Below, piece after piece: positions 61,188-64,000 of a stretch of 64,000 nucleotides of DNA. The DNA is from Planctomycetales bacterium (lineage in GTDB: Bacteria > 4484-113 > JAFGCY01), in NCBI GenBank assembly GCA_022646745.1, contig CP060262.1, positions 1,495,149 to 1,559,148 on the forward strand, read 5' to 3'. The notes beneath the pieces are model-generated. The model ran no database searches and had not been told where the DNA came from. It worked only from the letters and a program-made list of their open reading frames with translations. The stretch's first letter is position 1. Every line of letters starts with the position of its first letter. A program made the translations under genes and the position numbers.

Positions 61188-64000
61188 CTACGGTATCAAT
61201 TCAGCTTCAATTGTGTATGCGAGATCCTCGCCACCGCTGACAATGATGTAATAGGTCTGGCCGTTGGTGACTGGCCAGCGGGCCATCTGCGCACCGTTGG
61301 GTGTGTCGCGTTTGCCCTTGTTGACAGTGCTTGACCAGAACTGTTCGGCTATCAGCAGGCTGAAGTTGACGGGGCTGTTCTCCCAGGGGGTCACTACAAC
61401 CTGCAGCAGTCCGTCAGTGTCGGCGACGTACTTGTGATAGTCGCTGCTGTCCCGGCCCATCGGCTTGTTGTCATCATCCCCGTCCAGCGTTGCTGAAACA
61501 CTGAAAGGCAGGCTGATGACGGCTGCGGCAATGGCATTGTCATTCGGTTCCAGGCTGTCATTGTCCGAGAAGCTGGCGGTGAAGTCCTGCACCACATCCG
61601 ATCCGCTTACAACGACCGGCACCTTGCCGGCCGGTACAACGGACCTGTTGGCAATCTGCCACTCGATCTCGTAGTTCCCGTCAGGGTAGTAACCGAGGTC
61701 ATATCCATTCGTGAATGCATCAACCGCATAGCCGGTCGTGTGGTTGACGACATGCATGTAACTGTATCCCTCATTCATCACACCGTGGTCGAGGCTGCCG
61801 CTGATGTTGTGGACGGGGAAGCCTGCCTTGTCCAGCGACAGTGAATACGTTGATTCACCCTGGCCCGATACTGCGACCTGGACGATGTAATCGCCCGCTG
61901 CATCAGCATCAAAATAGAAGCTGTGGCTGCCCTGCTCCTCATGCGAATACAGCAGGCTGAATGCGGGGCTGTCGTAGATCCTGGTCCTGTACGTGATGTC
62001 CTGGGAATCACTCTGGATGCTGATGGCAAGCGGATAGGCATCATCCAGTGCAAGCAGGTAGTTGTCATAGAGGTCATAGTCTGAACTGATCGTGGCCTCG
62101 AACTCGTCAGGCCAGTCCACGCTTGCAGCACCAAGCAGGTCATCATTCGGTTCATGCGAATCCTTGCCGATGCTTGCCGTTGGCGTCAGTTGAATGTCGC
62201 TGTTGCTGAACTGCACCCATTCATAGGCAGGGTTGAAGTCGGTTCCATGGCGCTGGTGGTTGACGAACACACGCTCGCCGGGCATGAAGGCAATGTCAAT
62301 CGAGGCAATTCCATCGGCACCGGCGCTGTCAATGTCCGTGTAACCACCGACTTCAATCTGCACGGCCAGTTCCGCATCATCCAGCGGTTTTCCATCAAGC
62401 ATGTAGTTCGCCGAAAGGTACACCGGGTCATAGCTGGCAACGTCAAGCTCATATGGCATCAATGTGCCTTCCATGAACACTTCAAGGTAGTAGGTCCCGG
62501 CGTCCAGTGGATTGCGGCTGCGCGCCTGCATACCAGTGACGCCGAATTTATCCAGCGTGATGTTGCTGTCGGCGGCGTCCCGCAGCCTGATTTGGCCACT
62601 GGAATAGAAATCCCTTGGGGTATGCTCCGGGAATCTCAGTCTGGCCATCAGGTGCTGGCCTCCCGGTACTTCAAAACTGAAGTAGTCGTAATCATCGCCG
62701 TTGGTCAGGTCATATCCGCCGATCCAGCCTTCAACGGGTGCAGCCAGCGGCAGGCTCAGCGGAGTGGCATTTGCCTTGTCGTCATTCGGCTCCATCGTGT
62801 CCGTCGGGGCTGTGCCCTGCATGTTGAAGTCGTAGTTCAGCGGCCCAGTGGAAAAGTCGTGTGTCGTGCTCAGCGGACTGAACACATACTGCGGATCAAG
62901 CGGGGTGATGACGGCCTCGAAGGGAGGGATATGCCGATGGTAAATCGACCCCGTGCCTTCCGTTGCCATCGTGCTGGTGACACCGTCAACCTCAACCGTC
63001 ATTGTCGTTGTGTATAGCTCTTCATACAGACCGTCATCCCCGTCGCCCGGTCCGCCGCCATCCCCGAGGTACACGAGCATTTCCTGTGGCTGTCCGCTGT
63101 GGATGCTGAGCGAGTAGCTCCCTCCACCGCCCTGGCAGTCCACCTTGACGATGTACTCGCCGCTGCGCTGGAAGTAGTAACCGATCCAGTTGGCTCCGTA
63201 GAGAACGTCGTTTGAGTATGTGGCATCCTTGTTCGGATCGACGAACAGCTGCAGTCCGGGAAACAGGATGCCGTCATCGCCAACATACTGGACGTAGTAC
63301 CAGCCCTCCGCAGGGATGCTGAATGCATAGCAGTCAATTTCGTCATCGAGGATGCTCAGCGTTGCATCCAGCAGCGGACCGGCACCGAAGTCATAGCGGT
63401 TCTCCTGGAAATCATTCGGCTCGAATGCATCAGTTTCAACAAATCCGCTGGTCTTGGGGCTGCAACGCAATTCAATGCCAGCCAGGTCCGCATCCGCGAC
63501 CGTGAAGTTCTGTGCGGCAGGGAAGAACTCATAGCCGCTGATCGATGCCATCAGCGTCCAGTTTCCATTCGGGATCGCATTCAGCGTGAAAGACCCATCC
63601 GGCTCGGTCAGAACGGCCTGCGGATCAAGCAGGTTCGTGGTGACCAGCGCGCCGGCGACCGGATTGTCCTCCATGTCCAGCACGACCCCGCTCACATCGT
63701 AGCGATTCAGGTAGTCAATGCTCACGCTCTCCACGCTGAAGACCGGATCCTCATCAGCCAGCACGGCCACGTAGACAAACCCGGCCGGGGAGCTGTGCTG
63801 TCCCGGGTTGCCCACCAGCGGTGTGCTGAATGAACTGCCGTCACCTTCACTGCCCAGCCATTCCCAGCGCCCGCTGGAGTAGTCCGCAATTCCTATCCAG
63901 TAATGTGAGCCGGGATCCGCCGTCGTGATTGCCACGTTCACGAGGCCGATACTGTCCTGCGGAGTGCCCGGAAAGCGCCAGATCGCGAACTCGCTCTGCC
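61188..64000 (-). CDS. large secreted protein with at least four PPC (pre-peptidase C-terminal)-type domains and a carboxypeptidase-regulatory-like domain (5' end beyond the window)
   Basis: Repeated (F/M/H/L)EPND....A..(L/I)....G.(L/I)...DD.D.Y.F modules. The reading frame stays open upstream of the GTG at 63939-63941 out to the window edge. Confidence 0.55.
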   Translation of the reverse strand, partial: QSEFAIWRFPGTPQDSIGLVNVAITTADPGSHYWIGIADYSSGRWEWLGSEGDGSSFSTPLVGNPGQHSSPAGFVYVAVLADEDPVFSVESVSIDYLNRYDVSGVVLDMEDNPVAGALVTTNLLDPQAVLTEPDGSFTLNAIPNGNWTLMASISGYEFFPAAQNFTVADADLAGIELRCSPKTSGFVETDAFEPNDFQENRYDFGAGPLLDATLSILDDEIDCYAFSIPAEGWYYVQYVGDDGILFPGLQLFVDPNKDATYSNDVLYGANWIGYYFQRSGEYIVKVDCQGGGGSYSLSIHSGQPQEMLVYLGDGGGPGDGDDGLYEELYTTTMTVEVDGVTSTMATEGTGSIYHRHIPPFEAVITPLDPQYVFSPLSTTHDFSTGPLNYDFNMQGTAPTDTMEPNDDKANATPLSLPLAAPVEGWIGGYDLTNGDDYDYFSFEVPGGQHLMARLRFPEHTPRDFYSSGQIRLRDAADSNITLDKFGVTGMQARSRNPLDAGTYYLEVFMEGTLMPYELDVASYDPVYLSANYMLDGKPLDDAELAVQIEVGGYTDIDSAGADGIASIDIAFMPGERVFVNHQRHGTDFNPAYEWVQFSNSDIQLTPTASIGKDSHEPNDDLLGAASVDWPDEFEATISSDYDLYDNYLLALDDAYPLAISIQSDSQDITYRTRIYDSPAFSLLYSHEEQGSHSFYFDADAAGDYIVQVAVSGQGESTYSLSLDKAGFPVHNISGSLDHGVMNEGYSYMHVVNHTTGYAVDAFTNGYDLGYYPDGNYEIEWQIANRSVVPAGKVPVVVSGSDVVQDFTASFSDNDSLEPNDNAIAAAVISLPFSVSATLDGDDDNKPMGRDSSDYHKYVADTDGLLQVVVTPWENSPVNFSLLIAEQFWSSTVNKGKRDTPNGAQMARWPVTNGQTYYIIVSGGEDLAYTIEAELIP

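Overview
High-GC (about 63-66%) bacterial chromosomal window with dense, mostly well-supported coding and no rRNA, tRNA, CRISPR array, transposase or integrase that I could find. I could not recognise a tRNA by eye in any intergenic region, but without a covariance-model search that absence is not secure.

The track shows many long antisense shadow ORFs typical of high-GC DNA; I ignored them. The ORF track sometimes begins at GTG or TTG and shows the start as M, so I re-derived starts from ATG plus Shine-Dalgarno (SD) context where that mattered.

Main content, 5' to 3':
- Housekeeping and transport genes: deoC, two adjacent FtsX/MacB-type permease genes with no partner ATPase nearby, three MscS-family channel paralogues within about 12 kb (one tandem pair coupled by a TGATG overlap), kbl plus an ACP-like gene, ffh, thyX, a NUDIX hydrolase and an M3 oligoendopeptidase.
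- The most striking feature is a co-directional array of 11 paralogous RimL/RimJ-like GNAT acetyltransferase genes (16926..23204) plus a 12th divergent GNAT on the minus strand, with no intervening terminators. Within this array, coupling is TGATG overlaps or 1-2 nt gaps at five of the ten junctions, one 23-nt overlap, and three 65-84 nt REP-like hairpin spacers. The array is embedded inside an ABC-2 exporter operon, between the ATPase (23937..24884) and the permease (15941..16795). Upstream lie a class I SAM methyltransferase, a 24-codon Cys-rich small ORF with a strong SD, a regulatory hairpin and a near-consensus sigma-70 promoter. The paralogues conserve the acetyl-CoA and catalytic core but are hypervariable in the N-terminal acceptor-binding segment. 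I propose this is a diversified acetylation and export (detoxification or peptide-modification) module.
- An exopolysaccharide-like export and modification locus (27922..39478): a 1.2-kb TPR protein with a C-terminal outer-membrane beta-barrel ending in Phe (BcsC/PgaA architecture), two PKD-repeat lipoproteins, an MBOAT O-acyltransferase, an SGNH hydrolase and a TIM-barrel glycoside-hydrolase-like protein. No glycosyltransferase is present. A divergent unit carries an ECF sigma factor and a zf-HC2 anti-sigma factor.
- A 13-gene detoxification-type operon headed by an ArsR regulator: five VOC/glyoxalase, five SRPBCC/Aha1 and one DinB protein plus a membrane protein, with three to four carrying signal peptides.
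- Secreted proteins: an ankyrin-repeat protein, a CocE/NonD hydrolase with PKD and dockerin-like repeats, and a multi-PPC-domain protein that runs off the 3' edge.
- A 1.2-kb low-GC (about 47%) insertion with one secreted ORF, exactly flanked by about 150-bp direct repeats.
- Several families of dispersed palindromic (REP-like) intergenic stem-loops, and an AT-rich regulatory island (37477..37800) containing a strong intrinsic terminator, helically phased TTAACG direct repeats, a 34-codon transmembrane sORF and a leaderless-type promoter.
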